A stretch of DNA of 64,000 nt from Eledone cirrhosa (lineage: Eukaryota), in contig OZ024752.1 of NCBI GenBank assembly GCA_964016885.1, positions 48,484,001 through 48,548,000 of the forward strand, written 5' to 3'. The translations under genes were made by a program, and so were the position numbers. A model generated the notes under the pieces. It saw nothing but the letters and a program-made list of their open reading frames with translations, searched no databases and was not told the DNA's origin. Positions 12,619-32,316 of this stretch are shown here, in pieces (position 1 is the first letter of the stretch; each line of letters begins with the position of its first letter).

Positions 12619-13032
12619 TTTCCATGCTTCAGCAACTCTGAGGATGAAAAAATGTTTCCGAAAGTCATGGGAGCTGTGTGGTTTCCTGACTTTGTGGGCA
12701 TGTCCAGGTGTGTTAGACACATGGAACTCAAAAAGGTACTCAGGGTTGTTGTTGGCAAGATGGTTAATAATTTTGTGGGTGTTTACCAAGTCAGTTGCCA
12801 GGCGTCGCAGCTTCAATGTATCCATGCCCAAGGAAGCAAGGCGCTCAGAGTATGGTAGATGCCTGATGGAGGGTATTCGCTTGGTTGCACGTCTCTGAAC
12901 AGTTTCCAGGCGGTCAATGTTCTGAGCAAGATAGGGGTTCCAGACTGGTGATGCAAATTCTAAGTGTGGCCGCACCATAGCCATGTACAGCCTTAAATAG
13001 ATAGCTGGAGAGCGGCTGACAAAGGTCTTGCT
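12619..13032 (-). pseudogene. CR1/L2-group LINE ORF2 C-terminal fragment
   Basis: LYMAMVRPHLEFASPVWNPY...LETVQRRATKRI...YSERL..L...L..RR...D...FF.LRVAEAW, the typical post-RT region of CR1-group LINEs. Confidence 0.92.
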
Positions 13033-13439
13033 ATCTATATACAGCTACACAGAGATTCCATACACTTCGATTTGGAAGTATATTTGGTAGCGGCACAGAC
13101 ACGGTAGATGTAGAATTGTAGACATAGCAATGAGGTTTTGAAGTTTTATTTGTAACAATATCATTTCAGGTTCTGTCCCACACAGTGGTACTTACCACAT
13201 GTATCATCCAAAATAGCCTAAGGTTGAACAATGCTTTGTGAGAAAAATTTAGGAAATGGAAACTGTATGGAAGAGTAATGGCTGAATAAATATATATGTA
13301 TGTGTATTGTGTGTACATATGCCTGGCAGCAGTCCGGCTTAATATGAAGTAAGTACTAGATTTTCAAAGAATATAAGTGCTCAGGTTGATTCAATCATCT
13401 AAGCTCTTGATGGCTGTGTCTCAATATGGCCACTTTCGA

Positions 13440-19560
<6,121 letters not shown>

Positions 19561-19587
19561 AGAATTGAAATACTAGAGTGTGTTGGA

Positions 19588-19618
<31 letters not shown>

Positions 19619-19903
19619 GGAAAGTTATATTTTAAATTGTTGGGTTACAACTAGTAAATATTTATAACTGATATAAAAGCACTCGACAAATATTTGGAGT
19701 ATATTTACAATATTAAATAAATGGAAACCTCTCCAAATGGAAGTCGGTGTTTATAACGGTATGTCGAATATATTTATCTATAAAACTGTTTATATTGTAT
19801 TTTGTCTGAGGAAGGCATAGCATATTGTTAATATGATATCCCCGAAATATATATAATGAAATAGATATGGTTTTATAAATATAGTTTCCATTTATTTAAT
19901 ATT

Positions 19904-19904
<1 letters not shown>
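19619..19904. mobile_element. Hammerhead-bearing Penelope-like element (family D), partial inverted structure
   Basis: Homologous to 36111-36532; 21-bp inverted pair 19708-19728/19884-19904; (TA)n flanks. Confidence 0.7.
19798..19863 (+). ncRNA. Minimal type I hammerhead ribozyme motif (family D, diverged)
   Basis: TATTTTGT-CTGAGGA-AGG..CATATT GTT AATATG..CCC-GAAA-TATATA-TA-ATGAAATA; stem I is 8 bp with two G-U pairs; palindromic stem III region. Confidence 0.65.
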
Positions 19905-19983
<79 letters not shown>

Positions 19984-20249
19984 TGTGTAAGAGTGAAGGG
20001 TTTGAATGAAATATCATGAAGTGAAAGGAATTGAAGGGACAATAAAAGAAAAGAGAAAGCTAAGGGGTTCACCTATTCTACAATATCAAACCCAGTGACT
20101 CCTCACTACACTAACCAGAATGGACCCCTGTATATGTTGGCCATAATGATCCAGTTGTTTGACCAATGAAAAGTGTGAGCTCAATTCTGACAGAAGACAG
20201 ACAATTGTCTTATATAAAGGCACGTATGTGGCTTAGAGGAGGGAATGTT

Positions 20250-20614
20250 GGTGGCACGTGGCCTAGTGGTAAAGGTGTTGGTCTTACGATCAGACTGTTG
20301 TGGGTTCGATTCCTGGGTTGTGAGCTGTGTTCTGAGTTCAAATCCCACCCTGGGTGGTAGTAAACTTGATCCATCGAATGATATAGCACAACCACCATTA
20401 TGTATGTAGGGTGGAGGTATGTGGCCTAGTGGTAAGGGTGTTGGACTTACGATCAGAATGTTGTGGGTTCCATTCCTGGGTTGTGGGCTGTGTGTTGTAT
20501 TCTTGAGCAAAACACTTCATTTTTACGTTGCTCCAGCACACTCAGCTGAAAATGAGTACCAGCAATATCTGGGGGGTTAACCCTTCGATGGTCTGGTGTC
20601 CTGTCCAGGGGGAA
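20250..20614 (+). mobile_element. Two tRNA-headed SINE copies (truncated 20250-20331; longer 20413-20614)
   Basis: A box TGGCCTAGTGG, B box GGTTCGATTCC, core TTGAGCAAAACACTT related to S1/S2. Confidence 0.8.
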
Positions 20615-22676
20615 GGCGTGGTGGTGTGTATGTGTGTGTCTCTGTGTGTGTGTATTTACATTCTACTTTTATTCTTACAATATTTTGGTAAAAATACAGT
20701 AATTAAAGAAGTAAAATATAATTACAACTTTTGTCACAAACTCTACCCCCTGACAGTAAGGCCCCTACACCAGCCCTACACCTTTATCAAATCATGCTAA
20801 ACTTATTCCAACCACTTTTAAAAGCCAATCAAAATAATACCCTGACATCTAACATCAATATACAGCAACCCCCACCCTACCACACTCACCCTACCACACC
20901 CTACCCTACCCCAACTGACTACTGATCCATCTAACCACCACCACCATCATCACCACCGCCGCCACCATCCACTCCTCCACCACAATCCTTCCTTCTTCTT
21001 CTTGCCTCTTTCTTTCTTTCTCTCTGTCTTTCTTCGTCTTCTTCCTCTAGTCTCTGTCTTTCTTCGTCTTCTTCCTCTAGCCTCTTTCTTTCTTTGTCTT
21101 CTTCTAGCCTCTTTCTTTCTTTCTTTCTCTCTGTCTTTCTTTCAATCCTTCCTTCTTCTAGCCTCTTTCTTTCTTTGTCTTCTTCTTCTAGCCTCTTTCT
21201 TTCTTTCTCTCTGTCTTTCTTTCAATCCTTCCTTCTTATTGCCTCTGTCTTTCTTTGTCTTCTTCTTCTAGCCTCTTTCTCTCTGTCTTTCTTTCAATCC
21301 TTCCTTCTTATTGCCTCTGTCTTTCTTTGTCTTCTTCTTCTAGCCTCTTTCTTTCTTTCTTTCTCTCTGTCTTTCTTTCAATCCTTCCTTCTTCTTGCCT
21401 CTTTCTTTCTTTGTCTTCTTCTTCTAGCCTCTTTCTTTCTCTCTCTCTGTCCTTCTCTCAATCCTTCCTTCCCATTCATTCATTCATTACATTTTTCACT
21501 TTAATTTAAAAACAGTTTCCTTCAAATTTTCTTATTCTACTTTATTCTCTCAAAGACGAGATTTTGTTTTCAGGGTGGGTTGGGGGGGGGGGATCTATTT
21601 TGGTTTTTATTTCCATATACTTATTTAATTCATATTTTTATTTATTTATCTACTTTTAGTTTTATTTATTTAATCTTTTTATATTTTATATATATCTTTT
21701 CCTATTTTTACTTTTATTAAATTTATATTTCTTATTTCGAATATTACTTTTTAAATCTGATTGCTTAAGTTTATGTTGTTATTGTTGTTTGTTGTAGATC
21801 TTTTGTCTTTCATATTTACAATTTTTTTTTCTATTTTTGCTCTTATTACCATTTTTTTATTTATTTATTATTTATTTATTTTCTACTGTTTTAATTTCCT
21901 TGATTTTTTTTTTTTTTAATTTATTCTTTTTCTTGTTTTTCTCTTCTTCTCCGACTCCGACTCCAAAACTATCTTTTAGTGGAAATATATATAATCTTGC
22001 GAAAGTTTTAAAAGCTTTATGACACATTAAGGTATCGGAAAGAGATATCTAACCAAAGATTATTTGGAATGAATGTGGTGGAGGTGAAAGACAGAAGACC
22101 ATTGACAAGATAAGTTGCATGGTAAAGAAAATACTATTTTCACAGTCAGTTTTTCTCTATCTAAGCCCCTTTTCATTATTTCGCGCCCCTCTCTCTTCTC
22201 CATCATCTCCTCATACAGACAATGCCGCCTGCCTCACCTACCTAGGAAGCTATTTTTTTCAATTGTTCTCAGATATAGATAGAAAAACAGTTGGAGAGAT
22301 AGAGATAGAGAGCAAGAAAGAAAGGGGAGAGAGAGAGGGATAGGGAGAGGAAGGGCTAGAGGGCAATTATATACCTTATTCAATTAAAACAGATAAATTA
22401 AAAGGGAGTGAGACAGCTTTCCATTAGAATGTAACAAGTACTTTTTTTTTATTTACTTTCAATTTTGTTTTCAAACCTCTCTTTTTAAAGCCATTTCATT
22501 TCAAAAATCCCCTTATAAATACACACACACACACATACATACATACAAACAAACGAACAAACACACACACACACATATATATATATGCTATATGCATGTG
22601 TGTATGTGTATTGGTATATATATGTGAGTATGTGTGATATAACTATATTAGATATATATGTATTTAAAATGATATC

Positions 22677-22678
22677 AT

Positions 22679-22713
<35 letters not shown>

Positions 22714-22892
22714 TTAAAGTCTATCTTCCACGTTAGCATGGGTTAGACGGGAGTTGTCCCACTTGAGGCAAGATTGGTCGGGTGACCATGGCTCGCTCAT
22801 ATAGGACTATCTGGCAGATTTTCTACGGCTGGATGCCCTTCCTAACACCAACCACGTTTACAGAGTGGACTGGGAGCTTTTTACCGTGTCAC
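22677..22892 (-). mobile_element. SINE 3' half with RTE-type tail
   Basis: (CAT)n tail and GCTGGATGCCCTTCCTAACACCAACC motif shared with S1. Confidence 0.75.
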
Positions 22893-23049
22893 CTACATGA
22901 GAAAGGGTGGTATTGGTGAGAGCGGGAGGATGGAGTGGGGTAGTGGGTTGGGGTGTATGTTTGGTTTGGAGGGACCTACTGACTGTAGGTTAACTTTGCA
23001 CATAGGGAAGGCGGGTCTTCTGTAATACTGCATGGCGCCAAATATCTCA

Positions 23050-23248
23050 ATCCAGTGACATTGTCTTAGAGAAGTGCAAGAGTGCAAGGTCAAACTTTAT
23101 CATGTCGTCCCAGGTTTTTCTGGGTCTACCTACTCCGTAACTTCTCTCAATTTTGATCGTCCAGCAATGTTTTTATACAGCTGTCGTCTTTCATGCACAT
23201 CATGTGCCCATACCAACATAATCTTCTCTTGAGTAAACAGCATCTGAT
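23050..23248 (-). pseudogene. Degenerate RTE LINE C-terminal fragment
   Basis: Minus strand reads RRLCWYGHMM..MKDDSCIK ... GVGRPRKTWDD.IK.DL. Confidence 0.7.
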
Positions 23249-24569
23249 CCCACATATATATATATATATAACGAAATAACTTTGTTAGACTATATATATG
23301 TGTTTGTGTCTATATTATATCTATTTTTGACCGCCGAGGTTGACTTTGCCTTTCATCCTTACGGGGTCGATAAAATAAAGTACCAGTAATGCACTGGGTA
23401 ATTGCTGGCCTTGTGCCTAAAGTAGAAACAATTATATCTGTATTTTTGACCGTTGGTCAGTCAATGGTAAACATTGAGGATCAAATAAATTAACTGATAT
23501 AAAAGATACAGAAGCGAAAACCAACCAAACAGTGAGGTTGTTCTGTTATTATTTCTGGCAATATTATTACAACAATATGACCCTCCCCAAGTATAACAAT
23601 ATATATGTTATGTATATATATGTGTAGCTGTGTGTATGTGTGTTATAATCATCATTAACGATTGTCTTTCCCTGTTGGCCATAGTTGACTATGTCATCAC
23701 TGACCGGTCAGTACCGAAGTGGAACCTATGACCTCCAGGCTGGCTGGAAGCCAGATCTACAACCCCACACTCAACTAAGTTCATTATATCATGGTACCAA
23801 CACTAGGGAAGTTGTCATATCTTCGACACAGCTGAAGAATCCTCAACACCCTTTGTTTAGCAGGTTTTCTATGCCTAAATGTCCTTTCCTATCACCAACG
23901 ACTTTACAGAGTGTACTGGGTGCATTTATCATGTAAATCCCCAACACTAGAGAGGTTGTTAAGTCTATGCCTTAGGGTGAGAGAAAGACACCACCACCGA
24001 CACCACCACTACCACCACCACCACTACCACAACACTACACCAACACCACCGACACCACCACCAACAACAACACCAACACCACCACCACCACAACACTACA
24101 CCAACACCAACGACACCACCACCACCACCACCAACAACAACACCAACACCACCACCACCACCACAACACTACACCAACACCACCGACACCACCACCAACA
24201 ACAACACCAACACCACCACCACCACCAACAACACCACCACCACAACATTACACCAACACCACCGACACCACCACCACCACCACACTACACCACCAACACC
24301 ACAACACTACACCAACACCATCCACAACAACCATATATATATATATATGAGGTCCCTTAAACTCCCTCCAAAAAATGATTACAATAGTTTATTTATCCTT
24401 AATTTCAACTCTGCTGATGTCACTTTTGTCACATTACATTTAACTTGAAATCTTAACAACATATCTCGCCTATTCTTATATCTTTTATGTCTGCAAAACC
24501 TCACATTAAACACTTTATTCCCACCCACCCTGAGAAATTGCATTTTTCTGGAACTTTCTTCCCCCACAC

Positions 24570-24800
24570 TCTCTCTCTCTATTCACCTCTCTTTCTCTTT
24601 ATCTCTCTCTATTCACCTCTCTTTCTCTTTATCTCTCTCTATTCACCTCTCTTTCTCTTTATCTCTCTCTATTCACCTCTCTTTCTCTTTATCTCTCTCT
24701 ATTCACCTCTCTTTCTCTTTATCTCTCTCTATTCACCTCTCTTTCTCTTTATCTCTCTCTATTCACCTCTCTTTCTCTTTATCTCTCTCTATTCATCTAT
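24570..24800. repeat. 30-bp CT-rich minisatellite, about 7-8 copies
   Basis: Unit TCTCTCTCTATTCACCTCTCTTTCTCTTTA. Confidence 0.9.
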
Positions 24801-24847
24801 CTTTCTCCCTTTCTCTTCATCTATATATCTCTCACTTTCTCTTTATT

Positions 24848-24880
<33 letters not shown>

Positions 24881-24931
24881 CTCACTTTCTCTTTCTCTCT
24901 CTCACTTTCTCTATCTATCTATCTTTCTATT

Positions 24932-24969
<38 letters not shown>

Positions 24970-25390
24970 CATGACTGTATGTAAAATCCCCGGCATGTCT
25001 TTGTATTGTCCCCTTTCTTGTTGCGCCCTTGTGGCTAATAAAGAAATCTATCTATCTATCTCTTCTTCCACATCTTCTTCTCATCCCGTCCACCCCACAA
25101 GCATCAACTTACATAAATTTAGAAATTCACTGTTGGCACTATGCATTTAACTTCAACTTCTAGCTGTGTACGGTTCCCAATATCTGGTGCCACCATAACA
25201 TACAGCCATTAAGACCTGTAATCATTACTAAAGTATTGCCATCTATTAAAGTTAAGACAACTAAGCCCCCCCCCCCTTGTCTTTGTTCCACTCTCAAGTT
25301 TAACATGATCAGAAGATCAGATTTCTTGAGCAGTAATTGAGTCAGCTGAGAATAAGCGCCATACATACATACATATATACATACACACAC

Positions 25391-25423
<33 letters not shown>

Positions 25424-25497
25424 GTATGTATGTATGTATGTATGTGTATGTATGCATTTATGTATGTACGTATATATATTTAATATATATAAGTATG

Positions 25498-25571
<74 letters not shown>

Positions 25572-25823
25572 TGCAAGATGGCGTAGGACAGAACAAAGGA
25601 GAGGCACAAAAACAAAGAAAAGAATCCCCAGTCACTGAAGAGGTCACAGAATGTGTGACGAAAGAACTTTGACAATATATAAACAACCATCTGGTTGTGG
25701 AACCAACCAACCAACCGGAAATTTATAAATTCCTAAATTTATAAATTTATTGTAATAAATTGAAGTGAAAGCAACTGGTGCGTGTGTTTCTTATTGGCAA
25801 CATGACCCTCCCAAAGTATAACA

Positions 25824-25825
<2 letters not shown>
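25572..25825 (+). mobile_element. Hammerhead-bearing element family B, copy 1
   Basis: Homologous to 40843-41062; (TA)n on both sides; a tail fragment (ATGACCCTCCC.AAGTATAACAAT) also occurs at ~23577-23601. Confidence 0.75.
25631..25673 (+). ncRNA. Minimal type I hammerhead motif (family B)
   Basis: GTCA-CTGAAGA-G-GTCACA GAATG TGTGAC-GAAA-GAAC-TT-TGAC. Confidence 0.65.
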
Positions 25826-25860
<35 letters not shown>

Positions 25861-25889
25861 GTTATGCAATAAACAACATAAGACAATTA

Positions 25890-25962
25890 TTCCATTTACC
25901 AAAGGTTTCACGAAGACGGAAGAGCTCGACACAGCCTTCTGAAATCGTTCGTCAGAATGAAA
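25890..25962 (-). ncRNA. Type I hammerhead ribozyme
   Basis: Minus strand TTTCATT-CTGACGA-ACGA...GAAG..CTTC...TCGT-GAAA-CC TTT GG-TA-AATGGAA; 7-bp stem I with one G-U; GUA triplet. Confidence 0.8.
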
Positions 25963-26126
25963 TTTTATAACTAAATAGCTCTGTAGCCTACATAGAGCAC
26001 TCTCCTTTCCTTTATATATATATGTATATATATATATGTATGTGTATGTATGAACATGTGTGTATGTATGAACATGTGTGTATGTATTATGTATGTCAAG
26101 GAGCCTTACCACAGGATGCAGTTTAA

Positions 26127-26335
26127 CCCTTTAGCATTTAAACCGGCTGTATCCGGCCAGAATTCTCTCACCTCTTTCTGTTCAAACCAGCCGTAACTGG
26201 CCACTCACACTTATGTTAAGGTATTGTTCTCAAAATAAATAAATATTAAGATCTTGTAGATTCGATATTATGCAAGATAAAGCCTTTACCTAAAAAATAC
26301 AACAATGTATATAGAGTAATGTAAATGCTAAAGGG
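26127..26335. mobile_element. piggyBac-type MITE (family M), reference-like intact copy
   Basis: Perfect 14-bp TIR CCCTTTAGCATTTA with TTAA on both sides; 209 bp. Confidence 0.93.
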
Positions 26336-26423
26336 TTAATGTCATACCCAAATCAAAAAATCTTATATCATAATTTTAATGAAGAGCCTTTGTTAAATTA
26401 TTACCAAACAACAGCTTATTATT

Positions 26424-26610
26424 GGTCGATTGGCAGTATCAGTGGAGGGTCGGACGCCATGCTTTCCAGCATAGTTACGTCCCTTTACAATCTGAGTTCA
26501 AATCCCGCCTAGGTTGACTTTGCCTTTCATCCTTACGGGGTCGATAAAATAAAGTACCAGTAATGCACTGGGTAATTGCTGGCCTTGTGCCTAAAGTAGA
26601 AACAATTATT
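26424..26610 (+). mobile_element. SINE family S3
   Basis: TGGCAGTATC.GT A-box-like head, GAGTTCAAATCC B box, conserved core, ATT tail. Confidence 0.88.
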
Positions 26611-26653
26611 GGTTTCTAAGATAGGCACAAGGCCAGAAATTTGGGAGAAATCA

Positions 26654-26857
26654 TGAAGGCATGTGGCTGAGTGGTTAGAGAATTGGATTTGCAATTGTGA
26701 GGATGTGAGTTCGATTCCTGGACCAGGCGATGCGTTATGTCCTTGAGCAAGACACTTTATTTCACGTTGCTCCTTCTACCTGGAGTTGTGGCCGATAGAT
26801 AATATTAGCAACTGGAAAGACCAATGGTACGATTTGACAAAATGTCGATCAACTGTC
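26654..26857 (+). mobile_element. SINE family S2
   Basis: A box TGGCTGAGTGG, B box GAGTTCGATTCC, core TGTCCTTGAGCAAGACACTT. Confidence 0.88.
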
Positions 26858-27639
26858 TATATAAAAAGCTGGAACAAATACCACAAGGTATTTTGTCAAG
26901 ACCCTCTTACACCTAATCCATTCCAATCTAATAATAGGATTGATGGAAATTATAATGATGATAATGACATTGATAGTAATGGTGATAAGAGTTTGATGAG
27001 GGAAGAAATGAAGAAGAGAAAAAAAGGAAAGATGTTTTGAAGGACAAAGAATGGAAGAAAAAAATTAAAGAAACAGTCCAAGAAACCAACAAACAAAGAT
27101 AGTGAATGAAGGGGAAGTAGTGGGAATGATTTAAAAAAACAAAAATGAAGGAAAATACGATATGAGAAGGAAAGAGAAAAGAAGAAAGAGATTTGTGGTA
27201 GAATTGTGAAAAGAAAACTGAAAGAAGAGGTTAAAAAAATGAGAAGTTGCTTGAAACAACAACATACAAAAAAGAAAGAAGTATAGAGGGAGGTGATGAT
27301 GAGAGAAAAATGTAAAAGAAAATGTAAGATGGGATGGCAGATGTTAGTGGGGGGTTTGTGTAAGAGGTTAGTGTGAAGTTTGTGTAAGAGGTTAGTGTGG
27401 GAGTTTGTGTAAGAGGTGTATTGTTCCTTGACATGTGGAAATTGTTGCTAGATTAGAAGACTATCTGGAATTATCAGTTTTTGCAGAGGTTATCTTAGAG
27501 AAGTAGACATCTTGAAGACATAAAAGACATGTGACAGACATAGCTGGAGAAGTGGAACTGTCGTTGGGCTGAGATGGACTGGGCTGTGTTGTGTTCTACA
27601 GAAAGTTGTTAGAATTATTAATTTTCTCAATGTATTGAT

Positions 27640-28133
27640 ATCATCATCAACATTTTACGTCTGATTTTCCCTGCTTGCAAGGGTGGGATGCGAACTGATT
27701 CTAGCTTGATTTCTACAGCTGGATGCCCTCCCTAACACCAACCTCATTTACAGTGAGTGCTGGGTGCTTTTTTCCCGTGGCACCCACACGTCCACTTTAC
27801 AGTGTGGGTTGGGTGCTTTTTTGCCGTGGCACCTCCACGACCACTTTGCAGTGGAGTGATAGGGACCCCAGTCCCTATCATCTCATTTCTACAGCTGAGT
27901 AAACTGGAGCAATGTGAAATAATAATAATAATAATAATGAAATTATTGTGTACAGTGCTCAGGTGCACTACAACTCATCAAAGGTGCATGTATAGTACAT
28001 AGAATAATGTAATGTACAAATGTCAGGATAAAGTGTCTTGCTCAAGGAAACAACACATCACCCGGTCCAAGAATTGAATTCACAACCTTTCGATTGCAAG
28101 CCCAATGCTCTAACCACCAAGCCATGCGCCTTC
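27640..28133 (-). mobile_element. SINE S1 with a nested CR1-type LINE 3' tail (27918-28027)
   Basis: S1 is split at GTGAA|ATAAAGTG by a 110-bp piece matching the 3' UTR at 41850-41950. Confidence 0.85.
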
Positions 28134-28277
28134 ATATATATATATCCTACTAGGGTCAACTTTGCTTTTGTAACTTCTGGGATTGATAAAATAATGTACC
28201 AAATATATTGTAGCTCACCAAGTTAACTATATTGTAGCAAGTCTCATTGATAAAGTTGCAGGTCTGTCTAATGTACA

Positions 28278-30572
28278 GACACTGGTGTTGGTTATATGGT
28301 ATCTGTAAAGTTACTAGTGTGGGAACTAACTCATGGGGGACACTGGTGTTGGTTATATGGTATCTGTAAAGTTACTAGTGTGGGAACTAACTCATGGGAG
28401 ACACTGGTGTTGGTTATATGGTATCTGTAAAGTTACTAGTGTGGGAATTAACTCATGGGAGACACTGGTGTTGGTTATATGGTATCTGTAAAGTTACTAG
28501 TGTGGGAACTAACTCATGGGAGACACTGGTGTTGGTTATATGGTATCTGTAAAGTTACTAGTGTGGGAATTAACTCATGGGAGACACTGGTGTTGGTTAT
28601 ATGGTATCTGTAAAGTTACTAGTGTGGGAACTAACTCATGGGAGACACTGGTGTTGGTTATATGGTATCTGTAAAGTTACTAGTGTGGGAACTAACGCAT
28701 GGGAGACACTGGTGTTGGTTATATGGTATCTGTAAAGTTACTAGTGTGGGAACTAACTCATGGGGGACACTGGTGTTGGTTATATGGTATCTGTAAAGTT
28801 ACTAGTGTGGGAACTAACTCATGGGAGACACTGGTGTTGGTTATATGGTATCTGTAAAGTTACTAGTGTGGGAACTAACTCATGGGAGACACTGGTGTTG
28901 GTTATATGGTATCTGTAAAGTTACTAGTGTGGGAACTAACGCATGGGAGACACTGGTGTTGGTTATATGATATCTGTAAAGTTACTAGTGTGGGAACTAA
29001 CTCATGGGAGACACTGATGTTGGTTATATGGTATCTGTAAAGTTACTAGTGTGGGAACTAACTCATGGGAGACACTGGTGTTGGTTATATGGTATCTGTA
29101 AAGTTACTAGTGTGGGAATTAACTCATGGGAGACACTGGTGTTGGTTATATGGTATCTGTAAAGTTACTAGTGTGGGAACTAACTCATGGGAGACACTGG
29201 TGTTGGTTATATGGTATCTGTAAAGTTACTAGTGTGGGAATTAACTCATGGGAGACACTGGTGTTGGTTATATGGTATCTGTAAAGTTACTAGTGTGGGA
29301 ACTAACTCATGGGAGACACTGGTGTTGGTTATATGGTATCTGTAAAGTTACTAGTGTGGGAACTAACGCATGGGAGACACTGGTGTTGGTTATATGGTAT
29401 CTGTAAAGTTACTAGTGTGGGAACTAACTCATGGGGGACACTGGTGTTGGTTATATGGTATCTGTAAAGTTACTAGTGTGGGAACTAACTCATGGGAGAC
29501 ACTGGTGTTGGTTATATGGTATCTGTAAAGTTACTAGTGTGGGAACTAACTCATGGGAGACACTGGTGTTGGTTATATGGTATCTGTAAAGTTACTAGTG
29601 TGGGAACTAACGCATGGGAGACACTGGTGTTGGTTATATGATATCTGTAAAGTTACTAGTGTGGGAACTAACTCATGGGAGACACTGATGTTGGTTATAT
29701 GGTATCTGTAAAGTTACTAGTGTGGGAACTAACTCATGGGAGACACTGGTGTTGGTTATATGGTATCTGTAAAGTTACTAGTGTGGGAATTAACTCATGG
29801 GAGACACTGGTGTTGGTAATATGGTATCTGTAAAGTTACTAGTGTGGGAATTAACTCATGGGAGACACTGGTGTTGGTTATATGGTATCTGTAAAGTTAC
29901 TAGTGTGGGAACTAACTCATGGGAGACACTGGTGTTGGTTATATGGTATCTGTAAAGTTACTAGTGTGGGAACTAACTCATGGGAGACACTGGTGTTGGT
30001 TATATGGTATCTGTAAAGTTACTAGTGTGGGAACTAACTCATGGGAGACACTGGTGTTGGTTATATGGTATCTGTAAAGTTACTAGTGTGGGAACTAACT
30101 GATGGGAGACACTGGTGTTGGTTATATGGTATCTGTAAAGTTACTAGTGTGGGAACTAAGTCATGGGAGACACTGGTGTTGGTTATATGGTATCTGTAAA
30201 GTTACTAGTGTGGGAACTAACTCATGGGAGACACTGGTGTTGGTTATATGGTATCTGTAAAGTTACTAGTGTGGGAACTAACTCATGGGAGACACTGGTG
30301 TTGGTTATATGGTATCTGTAAAGTTACTAGTGTGGGAACTAACTCATGGGAGACACTGGTGTTGGTTATATGGTATCTGTAAAGTTACTAGTGTGGGAAC
30401 TAACGCATGGGAGACACTGGTGTTGGTTATATGATATCTGTAAAGTTACTAGTGTGGGAACTAACTGATGGGAGACACTGGTGTTGGTTATATGGTATCT
30501 GTAAAGTTACTAGTGTGGGAACTAACTCATGGGAGACACTGGTGTTGGTTATATGGTATCTGTAAAGTTACT
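28278..30572. repeat. 61-bp satellite, about 37.6 copies
   Basis: Unit GACACTGGTGTTGGTTATATGGTATCTGTAAAGTTACTAGTGTGGGAACTAACTCATGGGA, very homogeneous. Confidence 0.97.
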
Positions 30573-30688
30573 CCGTCGATCAACTGATCCCCTGAAACAA
30601 TTGTACAACAATGAACTAACAATCTACTTACACCTGACGTCTGTTGTTTTCTATTGATCTATGCACAACCACACACACACACATACAG

Positions 30689-30739
<51 letters not shown>

Positions 30740-31034
30740 TATATATATATACATACATATACATATTATATATATATATATATATACATATTACATATAC
30801 ATATATATATATTACATATATATATAATACATATATATATATATCTATTGCATATATATATATATTATATACATACATATATATTATATATATATATCTA
30901 TTACATATATATATAATATATATATATATATTACATATACATATATCTATTACATATATATATATATAATATATCTTTATATATATATATATATATATAT
31001 TACATATACATATATCTATTACATATATACATAC

Positions 31035-31093
<59 letters not shown>

Positions 31094-31531
31094 ATACACA
31101 CACACACACACACACACACACCCACATGCATACACATACACACACATATATATATACACATACACACACATACATACAATGCTTTGCCTATCACTGCCTA
31201 CATCAATCTAAAGTATACAACATTGAATATATACATGGTTGGCACGTGTTATCATATAAGCTAATCTGATATGCCTTCAAATGGAATAAATAAGGATTAA
31301 ATTAACATGATGGATGGTCTCTCCATGGATTGTCTATTGAAGGATTGTTTAGTGATAAGATCATGAATACAAAGAATAAAATTAGAGGAAAATCTTAAAG
31401 GTATGTATTTCTATTGAACTAGCATTTCTGTTGACAGCATGTATGTGTTGGTCCATGTATGGGTGTATATGTATGTATGTATGTATGTAGGTATGTATGT
31501 ATGTATGTATGTATGTATGTATGTATGTATG

Positions 31532-31571
<40 letters not shown>

Positions 31572-31578
31572 TGTGTGT

Positions 31579-31622
<44 letters not shown>

Positions 31623-31671
31623 ATATATATATGTATGTGTTGGTCTATGTATGTGTGTATATGTATGTATG

Positions 31672-31706
<35 letters not shown>

Positions 31707-31713
31707 ATGTATG

Positions 31714-31753
<40 letters not shown>

Positions 31754-31757
31754 TATA

Positions 31758-32316
31758 CCTGTCTCATGGTCGGGTCGTTGGCGACTAAACTGGCAACCCC
31801 ACCAAGGTTTCTTGGTGAGGAGGGTGACTTTGGACATCCTGCAGGACTAAAAACAAAACCTGTCAAAGGGCAAGGGAGCTCTTAAGACTCAATAGCCATC
31901 CAAAATCACCGGGAGAGATGACCCCTTAGCCTTTGTCAAGGCAGAATTCTAGGAGAAGGAAAACTCTGATATAACACCTGCAACCCTGATGGTATCCAAT
32001 GATGTTGACTTGTTCTTCTTTTTGGTAAATATCATCTTGGTTAAGAGAGTGGGACTGGCTTTGTGCAGTGCCTTTGCTCACTATAAAAGCTTCACAGCAC
32101 AGGCATTGCTTTGTATCTGGAGATCTCTCTGCACTTGTCATCACATGGTCAATATGATGCACTATGTGTCAATAATGGTCACAAGTGTAGTCTTTGTACC
32201 AGAGTTTTCAAGTCGCTGGCTGGACTAAAAAGTCACATTCGTTCAGCGCATCGGTAGGGGTTCTCCTACATGGATATAAAGCAGTGGCCGTACTCGAAAA
32301 CGAGTTGGCAGCCACC

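Noticed and set aside
28278-30572. CRISPR-like regular array
   Set aside because: Units are contiguous and near-identical, with no unique spacers or cas genes; eukaryotic context.
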